A stretch of DNA of 64,000 nucleotides from Okamejei kenojei. Its lineage: Eukaryota. Each line of letters opens with the position of its first letter. Within the stretch, counting starts at the first letter, position 1. This document shows positions 24,534-37,190 of this stretch, piece after piece. The stretch spans positions 7,006,001-7,070,000 of the forward strand of contig CM069145.1 of assembly GCA_035221665.1 (NCBI GenBank), written 5' to 3'. The notes beneath the pieces were generated by a model. That model saw only the letters and a program-made list of their open reading frames with translations. It searched no databases and was not told the origin of the DNA. The position numbers and the translations under genes were made by a program.

Positions 24534-24849
24534 CTGCAAAAGACAAGCAGAACACAGTACTAAGCAATATGTTTGGTAAGTGTCCATGTAATTGTATGAT
24601 TTTGCTCTAAGTACCTTTACTCTGGTGTGAAAACTATCAAAACAAGATTATTTTAAATTAATTTGTGTAATTTAAAGCACATCTGATAAGCACAGGTTGA
24701 GATGCCATAGAAATTGACTGCACAGTTTCAAACAGATAATGGGACTGAATTAGAATGCAATACAAATTATTAAACATTTAAGCGGCTCTTTTTTTTTCTC
24801 AAAGTGCAGCAAATCGGAGGAGAAAAAATGAACAAATCTAATCTGTGCG

Positions 24850-25570
24850 TATCAGGTCAGGCAGCATCGCTGGAGAACATGGAAAGGTGATGTTTCGGAT
24901 GGAGATCCTTCTTCAGATTGATTGTGGGGCAGTCAGAGGAGAAAGAAAGCTGGAAGAGGGAGGGGCAGGACAGAGCCTGGTAGCATAAGGTGGATTCAGG
25001 CGAGGGGGGCGGAGTTGATAGGCCGATGGCTGGACAAAAGTCAGAGATGCTCTAAAGAAGGATCTCGACCCGAAACATCACCTATTCCTTATCTCAAGAG
25101 ATGCTGCCTGACACGCAGTTACTGCAGCCTTGACACAAAATGAAAAGTCAGAAGACATGAGATAAAAGGATTGAAGAGTTGTGTATAGTGAAGCTAGAAG
25201 AAGGAATGTCGGCGGAAGTGGTGAGGAAGGGGAGAAATAGGTGAGAGTTCAGGTGGGGCACGAGGGGAAGGATCCTATAAACAGACATAAGGCTCATGAA
25301 CTTCTCATTGTTTCTGGGTTGGTGCATTGTTCAACTATTGGGGCATAGTCCAACCATCTGCCTGTCAACCATCCAACCTCTCCTCCCCCCCCCCCCCACC
25401 AGTGTCGACTGATTACTTGCCAGGCTTTGCCCTGCCCCCCCCCCCCTTCCCAAATTCAGTCTGAAGAAGGTTTGCAACCTAAAACGTCACCTATCCATGT
25501 TCTCCAGAGCTATTGCCTGACCATCTAAGTTATGCCAGCACTTAGTGTCTGCAGTTTCTGGTTCCTACAG
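24850..25570. mobile_element. Nested, inverted Penelope terminal-repeat fragments
   Basis: Three hammerhead-like segments (24886-24920 minus; 25051-25082 and 25457-25492 plus) with the associated purine-rich and pyrimidine-rich 3' UTR arms. Confidence 0.75.
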
Positions 25571-25722
25571 TGTTAGATTGGTGATCCATTATGGTCAGGT
25601 AGGTGAGCATCAATTAAATGGTAAATCCGAGTGTCACACCCATTTTCACTTCATCTGTATGCATCTATTTACTGCTCGAAAGCATAACTTGATTTCCCAC
25701 ATTTTACTCAATTCAGGTTGGT

Positions 25723-26600
25723 ACAGTAAACCCTCGTTTTGACAGACCCCTTTATAACAGTTTTCAGTTGTGGAGACCTGCCCATACCACACCCAGTTGT
25801 CACCACCTCTCCTCCACTTACACCCCCAGCTTCTGACACCACCCCCGACTAGCAAGGGGCACCAACAAGCCCTTCTTCACCCACCGCACGGTCCGATTTG
25901 ACGCTTTTATTGTTGCAGCTCACGTTGTAGATCCTGGGAGTAGCGATTTCTTCAGGCCGCCACCACTGACACCGTGGGGCTCCCTCCACTCCACTGCCAT
26001 TTTTTCCTTCATTTTGTCCACCCGGCCTCTCCCTACTCATCACCACTCGCACCCCAGAGTCAACGACATATTCCACCTTAGTGCCGACAACTGTGGGGGG
26101 AGGAGGAGGAGGCGGCAGCAGTGGAGCAGCCGAGCGGACAGAGCGAAGGAAGAAGCAGCAGCAGGTGGGAGGGGATGGAGCCCCAGGCTGACTGAGCACA
26201 TCCTGACCGGAGCGGCGGCCTGAATGAAGCATGTCCTGTCGTGGCTACAACACGAGCCACAACTGCAGCCGTGTCAATCGATGAAGAAAGGCTCGGCCTT
26301 TTGCTGGAAAAACCAGCAGCATCGGCGCCTAGTTTTGAGGTTAAATGACACAAAGTGCTAGAGTAATTCAGCAAACTGAATCAGTCTGGGGAAGGATCCC
26401 GATGTCACCTATCCATGCTCCCCAGAGATACTGCCTGACCTGCTGAGTTACTCCAGCATTTTGTGTCAATCTTTGGTATAAACCAGCATCTGCAATTCTT
26501 TATTTCAACTACATACAATGATAATACCGTACTCAGTTGTTGTGGACAGTGGGCAATAACAGACACATTCCCCATGGGCCGTTATAAGCTATTTACTATA
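25723..26600 (+). mobile_element. Non-autonomous Tigger/pogo-like DNA transposon, copy 1
   Basis: Begins TA|CAGTAAACCCTCGTTTTGACAGACCCC and ends with a degenerate reverse complement, CCGTTATAAGCTATTTACTATA. Has GC-rich internal inverted repeats (about 25900-25990 versus 26170-26270). Homologous along its length to 53955-55452. Confidence 0.7.
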
Positions 26601-26749
26601 CTCAGGCCTCCCTACCATAATTCTGAATATTCAATTAACAGAAATTGTAGCAAGTGCATTTTACTCTCAAAACATATGTACAAATCCTCACTTTAGCATC
26701 ATGTATCATTCCTGAGTAAATGCTAACCTTTAATACCTCTTTAGTGCAG

Positions 26750-27040
26750 TCAGCAGCATTCTCACCTTTGAAATTGAAGCTCCACTCAAAGAATGAAAGA
26801 TAGAATCCAGACTAACATTTCACTGCCTTACTCTGGCAATGGTAGAAATGTCTGTTTGATCGTTAAGGTGAGTTGTAAAATGCTCCAACTCAAAAACAAT
26901 GAGAGGTTCATTCATCTCATGTCTGTTCATATAATCCTTTGTGCAAAAGAGCATCTCCCTACAAAGAGCTATTGCACTTCAAAGTAATTCAGTGTACGTG
27001 AAGTACAATTTGCCAAAGTGCACTGTAAATACTTGTTCAC
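26750..27040 (+). mobile_element. Ancient DeuSINE-like (SacSINE1/AmnSINE1-like) remnant
   Basis: Degenerate head and a tail ending CACTTCAAAGTAATTCAGTGTACGTGAAG...GTAAATAC, recalled as similar to that family. Confidence 0.4.
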
Positions 27041-27899
27041 TTATTCCCTCACATATGTAGTGATTTAAAAAAAAGTTAACAATGAAAGAATATAAATGAA
27101 TATTTTACTTTAAATTAACTAAATTTCGAGATAATAAATTGGGTGTGTAATCAACATGGTCCTTTCACACACAAATTTCACACCTTTGTCATATCCTCAA
27201 ACTCTAACATGCCATATTCACAGGGTAATGCAGCACAAAATTGAATTTTCAATTTTCCTTTGTGACTAGGTTAGGCAATGTAGGGAATTCAGTAAACAAT
27301 TTTGGTAGTCTCACAAGGTGGAGGATAACAAGATTTTTGGATGGCAATGTCAACCTATTTAGTAATTTAAAAGCCATCGAGGAATTAGAGTCTGTACACT
27401 TCAGAGAATATGTGGGTCATTTGATTCTGTTCTGTGTTGAATGCAAATCACACAATCTTGCAGCTTGTCATATCTAATAAAATTGTTTACTTCTACATAG
27501 TACAAATTATGAAACGCTACAGTTGAAAGCCTTGACACACTTGCACTTCCAAGGGCTTTTGGTGGCAGTAGACTGAAATATATCTAGTTGCACCACACTT
27601 GTATGGGGCTAGATTCCAGTATGGACATACTAATCCCATGCATGTGTTCTTTCAGGGATAATATTCATAATTAAAACACAATTATAACATCTGCAGTCAA
27701 ACATTAAGTTTCTAAGGATGAATTTGTTACACGTTCACGTAAAGAGAAGATAATATTCATCTGGGGTAATAAAAGGAAATATTATGCTTAGCAAATCTCT
27801 GTGATTCTAACATATTAAAATACAAGAGGTAATGTACACAGGCTTGTGGAATCCTTTCATAAGATACCACTGAGATTCCATTAGGGAAAATTAATGAGC

Positions 27900-28460
27900 A
27901 TGAGATTACAAAACAGAAATAAATGTGTGTGCATGTGTTACAGTAAACCTTGCAGAGTGATTGGGTAGTTAGTGGTGTCCCACCAAGTTCAGTACTGGAG
28001 TATTACTAGGCATTACGCCGATCAAGGATTCGGACAGAGGCATAGAAAAGGTGGTATCAAAATCCATTCGTAATATGAAAATAAGAGATAGATACCCTGG
28101 AAGACCAGCAAAAACGACAGGGCGTTATTGATAGTGTCCTAAAATGTGCCAAATTGAATGCAGTGCCTATGTGATGATTTTAGCTATTTTGATCAATAAA
28201 TGTGTTGATCATGATGGCTGTGCTGTTAATATGCTCAGAAATGTTGGAGATCGCTCACTGGAGTTTAAAAGCAGTATCTCATGTCGTTAAGGTGCAAAGT
28301 AATAACATTGTAACTTCATAATGGAGTGCAGAATATACAAGTGAAGGTAATGATGATTTTACTTATTCTTAATAAGGCCTAACTGGTGATTAACTACTGG
28401 AGTCCATTCAACAGGGATGGAAAAAGCAAGCTGTTAGCAACTTTAGGGAAAGACAGGGAG
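27900..28460 (+). mobile_element. Very old CR1 RT remnant
   Basis: AGTGGTGTCCCACCAAGTTCAGTACTGG corresponds to SGVP..SVLG; the rest is heavily decayed. Confidence 0.5.
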
Positions 28461-31183
28461 GTATAAATCATCAGGAAACTGGCAAGAAATCATTTGAAAC
28501 AGGAATAATATGTTTTCTATTTATTGTTCATTGATTATACCATCTGGTGCTGTTAAATTGCGAGTAAGTTCCACTGAAGCAATCGCAACACAAATATCTA
28601 GCTTGATATTTTACCACAGCACTAATTGGAGGTGCCACCTTTTGCATGAGATATTATGGTATGTGTCCATGCATTACAATAAGATGATTAAATGTCAAAT
28701 TATTTCCCTGTTCTGAAAAGGGCAAAAAAAAGGCAGTCTTTGTTTTGTTTTTTATTGCTCTAGGCCAAATCATTTCAATCCTAACAAAATTGAAATTTGT
28801 AAAAAATAAAAAATGTCTGAAAAGATGAGCAATAATGACATTTCTTTAGAAGTTGATATTGACAAACAATGAGACAGCTTCAGTGTTGTAGCAAGACTTG
28901 TCTTTCAACCAAACAAAGGACTGAACTAGCTGACAGTGCGTTTTGTCGATTCACAGGCATGTCATTAAAATGATGAAGCACCTTGCAGGAGAGGAGAGCT
29001 TTTGCAGGAAGAGAGGCAAAAGTATTTGGCTCCCATGGACAGTCAAAGAATGGTGCTGACAATTGTTATGGAGCACTCTTTCCTCAAATGGAAACAGACT
29101 ATGTGGTCTCAAGTGTTCATATTATGTTGTTAGTAGGGTAAGAGAGGTGAGGAATGAAACACCAAGTCATAGGTTTAAGTAAAGCTTCTAAAATGTAAAG
29201 CATACTTTACATTGCTTTGTGCATTTTGGATATGTGAGGCGTTAAGACAATGAATGCATGAGTTAGCTGTTTTCTTAAGTTAAAAATAAATTACATTTCC
29301 AAAATAGCTCTCAATTTTCTCTTCCATTGCCTGTCATACTGCATAGTCACTGAACCACAAGCCACTTAAAACCACATTATTTAGAGCAGAATCAAACAAA
29401 TCTAAAGGGCTAACAGCAGTAGAAGCAAATATCAAAGGGGGAAATGTTTGGAATTTCCAAGTAAATCAATGCTTGCTGTTGCTTTTCACACATTGCCTAT
29501 CCCTTCTACAAACGCCAATTTAACATAATATTTAACGGTGAATAATGTCCCTGCAATCTTAAACTCGTAATACTTGACAAAAAATTGGACAAAACATTAC
29601 CCTAAATGTGATAAAATTCAAAACATTTTCAACTTTAGGATTTTACTAATGCATTTTAAGATTCAGGAAAAAAAAATGATACACTCTAAACTAAACATTA
29701 CTAAACTCTGCAATGAGTGCGCTAGATAAATTTGCATTAATAATTACTGGAATTAAAAATGAACAAGTTTAAAAATGTTAAAAACGCAAAATCATTTACA
29801 CTATTTAACTGTTAACGAGAATATTCCACCAAATTATATTAAGGGCTAAACATGAAGAATAACTGAAAAAAATGTAGCAACTGACTTTTAATTTGATTAT
29901 ATAAGTTGAAAATAATTTGAGTAAATAAGATACATTGGTCATGAATTATTGGTAATTTACCAAATACAATTCAGGTAACTATTTTAAATTCATCTAGGTT
30001 CAATTATTTCATCCCATAATATTTAAATGAAACATTCCTTGAATACATGTGTAGAGATAACTGGTGACTAATAAGATTAAGATTTTTACCAATCTTATTA
30101 GTTTAAATGGAAAAAGAACTTGAAAAAATATTTTGATTAGAGAAATTTGATCTTTACTATTTCCCAATTAATGGTTTGAATCCTTCTAAATGCATTCAAC
30201 AGTGGATGGCATCTTGTCTTATTCTATTCTTGGCTGGACCACAAGGTGGGGTACTTCGTAAATTGGGGAGAAAAAATGACCACTCAGAATCCGAGATACA
30301 GCATGAAAACAGGCCATTCGGCCCACCATGGCCATACTAATTATCACACCCATGAGTCTTCAAACATCATGACGATATGAGAATGCATGATCCATATAAA
30401 AATTAAGAAAGAAAAAAAACAGTATTTCCCATTGAATAAAAACAATTTAATAATGAGTCCTTTGAACTGCAATAACATTGGATACAGTTATCTTTTATTA
30501 CTAAAGTTACATATCATACATGAGAAAATCCATAACTTGCATGCATATGTTGAAGTGTGGCAAAATAGACCATTACATTGCGATTTTGTTTTAAGTATTT
30601 AGCATTTCAAAGAACTGAGAATTTTAGATACCAACTATTTAAAAAATTAATCCAGAGCACTAACTATAAGAAATCTACAAAACAGCAATTAATTCTACAA
30701 TTACTTACTATCATTTCCTTTACATTATACTAATGCACTGCTATAAGTATTGATCTTGAACAGCATCTTGAAAATGCCAATTGACTACAAATGTAGGTCC
30801 ACAGATATTAGCAGCTCTAATATCTGGCTACTTTTCATACAAGATCCATTGCTGGCACGCTACTTGATAGTGCAAGGCACCTGAGACGAGATATCATGCA
30901 TAGTTTCCAGCAGGGGGAACCATTAATGAACAGAAGACCCAGCTGATCTATATCTTTTTAATACGTAGGAAAAAAATCGAGACCCAATTGCAATCATTGT
31001 ACCCACATCAATTTATTCAGTACGTATCAGCGTTAAAATAATCTTAATTGTCTTGTATAGCAAAATGGAACAATGAAATTCTAACTTGCCATAGCAGAAC
31101 AGGTCTGTAAACTCAGTACTCATAAGAAAACATAATAAACAAACAACAAATAAAACAAATACAAAAAAACAGGGCAATAGATA

Positions 31184-32686
31184 CAATGCCCTCCATAATG
31201 TTTGGAACAAATACCCATCATTTATTTATTGGCCTCTGTACTCCACAATTTGAGATTTGTAAACAAAAAAGACACGTGGTTAAAGTGCACATTGTCAGAT
31301 TTTATCAAAGGCCATTTTTATACTTTTTGTTTCACCATGTAGAAATTACAACTGTGTTTATACATAGTCCCCCCATTTCAGGGCACCATAATGTTTGGGA
31401 CACATGGCTTCACAGGTATTTGTAATTGCTCAGTTGTTTAAATGCCTCTTTAATGCAGCTATAAGAGAGCTCTCAGCACCTAGTCTTTCCTCCAGTCTTT
31501 CCATCACCTTTGGAAATTTCTATTGCTGTTTATCAACATGAGGACCAAAGTTGTGCCAATGAAAGTCAAATAAGGCATCGTGAGACTGAGAAACAAGAAT
31601 AAAACTGTTAGAGACATCAGCCAAACCTTAGGCTTACCAAAATCAACTATTTGGAACATCATTAAGAAGAAAGAGAGCACTGGTGAGCTTACTAAACGCA
31701 AAGGGACTGGCAGGCCAAGGAAGACCTCCACAGCTGATGACAGAAGAATTATCTCTATAATAAAGACAAATCCCCAAACACCTGTCCGACAGATCAGAAA
31801 CACTCTTCAGGAGTCAGGTGTGGATTTGTCAATGACCACTGTCCGCAGTAGACTCCATGAACAGAAATACAGAGGCTACACTGCAAGATGCAAACCACTG
31901 GTTAGCTGCAAAAATGAGATGTCCGGATTACAGTTTGCCAAGAAGTACTTAAAAGAGCAACCACAGTTCTGGAAAAAAGTCGTGTGGACAGATGAGACGA
32001 AGATTAACTTGTCTCAGAGTGACGGCAAGAGCAAAGTATGGATGAGAAAAGGAACTGCCCAAGATCCAAAGCATAGCATCTCATCTATGAAACATGGTGG
32101 TGGTGTTCAAACAAATGCCTCAAAACTCATTGGCTGACGGTTCATTCTACAGTAAGAAAATGATCCCAAAGCTAAAGCAACAATGGAATTTTTCAAAGCT
32201 AAAAAATGGTCAATTCTTGAGTGGCCAAGTCAATCACCCGATCTGAACCCAATTGAGCTTGCCTTAAAGAGAAAACGGAAGGGAACTCCCCCAAAACAAG
32301 CATAAGCTAAAGATGGCTGTAATACAGGCCTGGCAGAGCATCACCAGAGAAGACACCCAGCAACTGGTGGTGTCCATGAATTGCAGCATTCAAGCAGTCA
32401 TTGCATGCAAAAGATATGCAACAAAATACTAAACATGACTTATTTCATTTACATGACATTGCTGTGTCCCAAACATTATGGTGCCCTGAAATGGGGGGAA
32501 TGTGTATAAAGACTGCTGTAATTTCTACATGGTGAAAGCAAAATGTATAAAAATGGCCTTTATTAAAGTCTGACAACGTGCACTTTAACCACATGTGATT
32601 TTTTCTATTACAAATCTCAAATTGTGGAGTACATAAACAAATAAATAAATGATGGGTCTATGTCCCAAACATTATGGAGGGCACTG
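31184..32686 (+). mobile_element. Tc1-family (IR-DR type) DNA transposon, defective
   Basis: About 220-bp TIRs (31184-31404 and about 32463-32686), each with an internal direct repeat CCATAATGTTTGG(G/A)ACA. Flanked by TA on the left and CA (mutated TA) on the right. Confidence 0.95.
31538..32432 (+). pseudogene. Tc1 transposase pseudogene
   Basis: Paired-like HTH with GRPRKT, then WTDETKI, HGGG, Q*ENDPK and [12 protein letters not shown] motifs. Stops occur near 31570 and 32135, with frameshifts. HGGG is fused directly to VQTNASKLIG, indicating an internal deletion in the catalytic domain. Confidence 0.92.
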
Positions 32687-32688
32687 CA

Positions 32689-33005
32689 GGTTGAATGGAC
32701 ATAGTAGGGGAGTCAAGGAACAGAGGACAAATGTTTAATGTGAGAGGCAACAGCTAATGGGAACCCGAGAGGAAACTTTTTCACTCAGAAGGTGGTGGGT
32801 ATATGGCACGAGCTGTTGGAGGAGGTTGTTGTGGCAGGAGCTATAACAGCATTTAAAAGACACTTGGACAGGTATATGGGTAGGAAAGATTCTGAGGGAT
32901 ACCAGCTAAACACATGCAAAATGGGACTAGTTTAGATGGGGCACCTTCATCAGCATGGATAGCTTGGGCCAAGGGGCATGTTTCAGTGCAGTAAGTCTAT
33001 GACAA
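32689..33005 (+). mobile_element. CR1 LINE 3' fragment
   Basis: GAGGAAACTTTTTCACTCAGAAGGTGGTGGGTATATGG...TTTAAAAGACACTTGGACAGGTATATG, followed by a CR1 3' UTR. Confidence 0.8.
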
Positions 33006-33189
33006 TAAATGTTGCAGCTACCATCATGATTTGCATCGAAGCTACTAACAAATTAGAAAAAAACTAGAGAAAATAGAATATTAATTAAAAAAAACTTTAC
33101 TTCTAATGAATATCGCTGCATTGATATCTCTATAGATGAGGTGCAATACAAAGATAACGTCCAGAGGTTGAGCTCCTAGTCAAAGTTGA

Positions 33190-33870
33190 CGCTTGCTGCA
33201 GCACACACGATGATGGGCCACATTCACAGTACAATGGTCCTCAACCAATCTGCCCCTCTCTGCAAGATTTCTCCACAATAATAAGTGCTCACAGCAAAAC
33301 CCCGGAAAGTCAAATTCCTTCCCATGTTTCGGAACCCATTTTCTGGCAGCGATGGATGTCAATGAAGAAATTCACCATTACTGTCAATGCGCAGCACCGC
33401 TTTTGGTTGACGAAGGCAAAGGATGTTTGCGGTTGACCGAGCTAAAGGATGTTTGTAGACCAAGATTTCAAAGCTGACATAAATTTGACATCTAATGGGC
33501 AGCATTGGTATCTGTCTTCCTATATGCATCAGAGATTTGGGCTGCTTTAAAGCTACCAGAAAATTACCAGAGTCAACCACTAAATCCTCCCACTGCATGA
33601 GAAAGATAAGTGAACTGTCCTCTCCTAGGCCAACATCCTCAGAGTTGAGACCCCAGTTACACTCAGTAAACTCTGTTGTGCAGACTACACCATTGTCTAC
33701 TTAACATCAGACTCCCAAAAATAGAGCTCGCAATAGAGGGAAGAGATTATCAAAAAGGTTTATGGATGTTCTCAAAGTCTCCCTGAAAAAGAGCAATATC
33801 CCTTACGACTCCTGGGAATCCCATGGCCCATGATCACACAAAGTGGAGGAGTTCGTTCAGAAAGAGATTT
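33190..33870 (+). mobile_element. Degraded RTE-clade LINE 3' fragment, probably 5'-inverted
   Basis: Decayed motifs resembling A..AFG.L..R.F, LLYASE.W and RLPK, plus GACTCCTGGGAATCC..GGCCCATGATC. Confidence 0.5.
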
Positions 33871-34177
33871 GAGAAACCCCTCACTAAATAAATATTCACT
33901 CGCTGCAGCAGGCACTTACTGTCAAATTTTGTGGAAGAATTTAAGATTCCCTCATCCATAACCTCAAAACCAGAGTGGATGCAGGTCACCCTCAACTCCA
34001 AAAGACTTTGATGACAAGTAGTCACTTTTACTTAAGTGATTTAATTCATTATCACAGCATGGAATACTATTCAGATGAAGATGTAAAATTGGCCCCAGAA
34101 ACAAATTAATCCACTCAGATATAAATGCAATATATTAATAATAGCTTTAGAGATTTGGTTCCATCAATCTGGATACT

Positions 34178-34928
34178 ATGCGTCAAGTTAGGAAAAGGGG
34201 AAGTACAACGGGATCTGGGGGTCCTTGTACATTAGTCTATGAAAGTAAGCATGCAAGTACAGCAGGCAGTGAAGAAAGCGAATGGCATGTTGGCCTTTAT
34301 AACAAGAGGAATCGAATATAGGAGCAAAGAGGATCTTCTGCAGTTGTACAGAGCCCTAGTGAGACCACACCTGGAGTATTGTGTACAGTTTTGGTCCGCT
34401 AATTTGAGGAAGGACATTCTTGCTATTGAGGGAGTGCAGAGTAGGTTTACAAGGTTAATTCCCAGGATGGCGGGACTGTCATTTGCTGAGAGAATGGAGC
34501 AGCTGGGCTTGTACACTCTGCAGTTTAGAAGGATGAGAGGATATCTCATTGAAACATATAAGATTGTTAAGGGTTTGGACACGCTAGAGGTAGGAAACAT
34601 GTTCCCGATGTTGGGGGAGTCCAGAACCAGGGGCCACAGTTTAAGAATAAGGAGCAAGCAATTTAGAACGGAGACAAAGAAACACTTTTTCTCACAGAGA
34701 GTGGTGAGTCTGTGGAATTCTCTGCCTCAGAGGGCGGTGGAGGCAGGTTCCCTGGATGCTTTCAAGAGAGAGCTATATAGGGCTCTTAAAAATAGCGGAG
34801 TCAGGGGATATGGGGAGAAGGCAGGAACAGGGTACTGATTGGGGATGATCAGCCATGATCACATTGAATGGCGGTGCTGGCTCGATGGGTCGAATGGCCT
34901 ACTCCTGCACCTATTGTCTGTTGTCTAT
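34178..34928 (+). mobile_element. Young 5'-truncated CR1 LINE (ORF2 C-terminus open)
   Basis: ORF 34239..34838 (..LYRALVRPHLEYCVQFWS...IEGVQSRFTRLIP..RMRGYLIETYKI..RTRGH..FFSQRVVSLWNSLP), then a 3' UTR and a CTATTGT-type tail. Confidence 0.95.
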
Positions 34929-35951
34929 GCCACGTCTTTCTTTGTTGTATTCAAAATAAATGACTCCATTCACATTGATTTAAATGCAAAGGGTTACTAT
35001 TATGAACACAACAGTAATATTCTGGCTGAAATGCTGCTTCTCTCAGAGAAACCATTACCTGCTCTTAGCTTCTTGTCACTTGAGGAATTAGTCTTCATGG
35101 TGTATTACCAATTTAAATCTCTTGCACTCTGGGTAGAGCAATGAATCTTACACACATGCTCATAACAACGAACTCTTAGGTTGTCTACTTTTCATCAGTA
35201 GCAGAGCAGCCCAAATGTTTTTGAAAGTCCCAAACCTGTGGTTGAATGTGCAGTCACAGTCATTATTCAAACTGTGGAATAGGCCAGGCCTGTTTACATA
35301 ATCATCAGCAGCCTACACTGATGAAGAGTGAGAAATGGGAAAAGTGGATAGTTAGGATTTTATGAGAGGTGCAATAACGAACACAGGAATTTGACTGAAG
35401 CTGTGGATCTAAGCTCTGGGGTCTGTTTCGTTAGAAGACTTCTTCAGCAGTCAAAAAAATACTTACTGAATCATGTTCACTAATAAAGTTTAGGCCTTTA
35501 CACCTGCATTTGGAAATTATATCAAAACAGATGCTATAATATTCTGTTGGACATGTTCAACTTTCCATATGACAACTTAAAAGAATGAATTATCGATGGC
35601 AATGTGTAACAACATTTGGTAACATTTTTATCTTCATGCAACTCCAAAGAAACCTGATCTCCCCAGTAGTGGCAAACAATTTATCTGTGCATGCCCAGGC
35701 TGAACATAGAACTGATAGGCCCATGCTTTGAGAGATCCAAATAACACAGACTTTCCTTCTACTTACCTGCTTTGTTTGGATTACAATGAACAACTGGAAT
35801 TTATGGACTGAGTTTGAGTTCAGGAAGCATGGATGCTTCATGTGGCAGCAAGCACGAGGTGCAAAAATAATTCAGTCAGAGTTGTGCAGCACAAAAACAA
35901 ATCCTTTGGCCCAACACGTCCATGCAGATATTTCTGCCCATCTATGCTAAT

Positions 35952-36258
35952 TAGGGCCACAGCTTTAGAATAAAGGGGAGGTCATTTAAGACCGAGGTGA
36001 GAAAAAACTTTTTCACCCAGAGAGTTGTGAATTTATGGAATTCCCTGCCACAGTGAGCAGTGGAGGCCAAATCACTGGATGGATTTAAGAGAGAGTTGGA
36101 TAGAGCTCTAGGGGCTAGTGGAGTCAAGGGATATGGGGAGAAGGCAGGCACGGGTTATTGATAGCGGACGATCAGCCATGATCACAATGAATGGCGGTGC
36201 TGGCTCGAAGGGCCGAATGACCTCCTCCTGCACAGATTTTCCATGTTCTATGTTCTAA
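35952..36258 (+). mobile_element. CR1 3' fragment inserted into an older minus-strand CR1 (35875-36590)
   Basis: RGHSFRIKGRSFKTEVRKNFFTQRVVNLWNSLP and a GTTCTATGTTCTA tail. The flanks on both sides are reverse-complement CR1 3' sequence. Confidence 0.85.
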
Positions 36259-36594
36259 TTCTAACTACCTACATATTAGATCCTTATCCTTCTATATTTT
36301 GCTTGGTTAAGTGCCTGTCAAAATGTTTCTCAAATATAGCAATTGTATCCGACTCCACCACATCCTCTGGTAGCAAGTTCCAGATATAAACAGCATGACA
36401 ATAAAGTATCACAATCATCATCACAATAAAGAATCATGACAAAAAAAATAACTAGTCCAATCCCCTTCTGCTCACCTTCAACCTATCCCCTATTATGGGG
36501 AGAACAATTCTGAAAATCTACCCTACCTATGCTTCTTATTTATTAAGTCACCCCTCAGCCCACTGTGTTCGAGGGCAAACAGACATCTTCTCAC

Positions 36595-36820
36595 TGTGAC
36601 CTTGTTTGCGTTTCTTCCAGGTTCTCCGGTTTCCTCCCACATCCCAAAATAGTGTGGACTTGTAGATTAATTGCCCTCTGTCAATGAACCTAGTTTGTAG
36701 GAAGTAGATGCTAAAGTGGGATAACATAAGACTAGTATGAACGGGTGATTGATAGTTGGCATGGACCCAATTGTCCATTGGGCACGTTTCCACGCTGTAT
36801 CTTTCAATCAATCAATCAAT
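36595..36820 (+). mobile_element. 5'-truncated HE1-like SINE
   Basis: CTCCGGTTTCCTCCCACATCCCAAA central domain and a GTTTCCACGCTGTATCTT(TCAA)n tail. Confidence 0.75.
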
Positions 36821-36864
36821 TTTCAATCTTAAAAAACGGACTAAAATTAATGTCACATTTCCCA

Positions 36865-37190
36865 AACACAAAAACTGCTGGACAAGTTCAATCGAACAGG
36901 CAGTATCAGTGGCGGCAGAGGAATAGATGCTTTGGTTTTTAACCCTGCGACAGGATAGAGTGCAGAGGAGAGATAGCCCATAGAAGTGAGGGGGACGTAG
37001 GACCAGGCAGGTGATAGGTGGATTTCCATCCTTCCCCTGCTACCCCTGCCTCTCTCCTCCACCCCTTTATATGTGTAACCCTGATGCAGGTTCTCAACCT
37101 GAAGCGTCAATTCTACCCATCTCCACAGATACTGCTTCACCAACAGTTCATCCAACAGTTAGTTTTTCTCCCCTCTAGATTTCTGCATCT
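36865..37190. mobile_element. Older fold-back Penelope terminal-repeat element
   Basis: Inverted arms with a variant core CTGATGC-AGGTT-CTC-AACCT-GAAGCGTC at 37081-37108. Confidence 0.6.

Noticed and set aside
25849-26374. Proline/arginine-rich ORFs here and at 54232-54590 and 14298-14725
   Set aside because: Low-complexity GC-rich transposon interiors. Frames are not preserved between the homologous copies.
34239-34838. 199-aa ORF, and similar ORFs at 47501-48007 and 17533-18030, as host genes
   Set aside because: They are truncated CR1 ORF2 or Penelope endonuclease fragments that lack the RT core.
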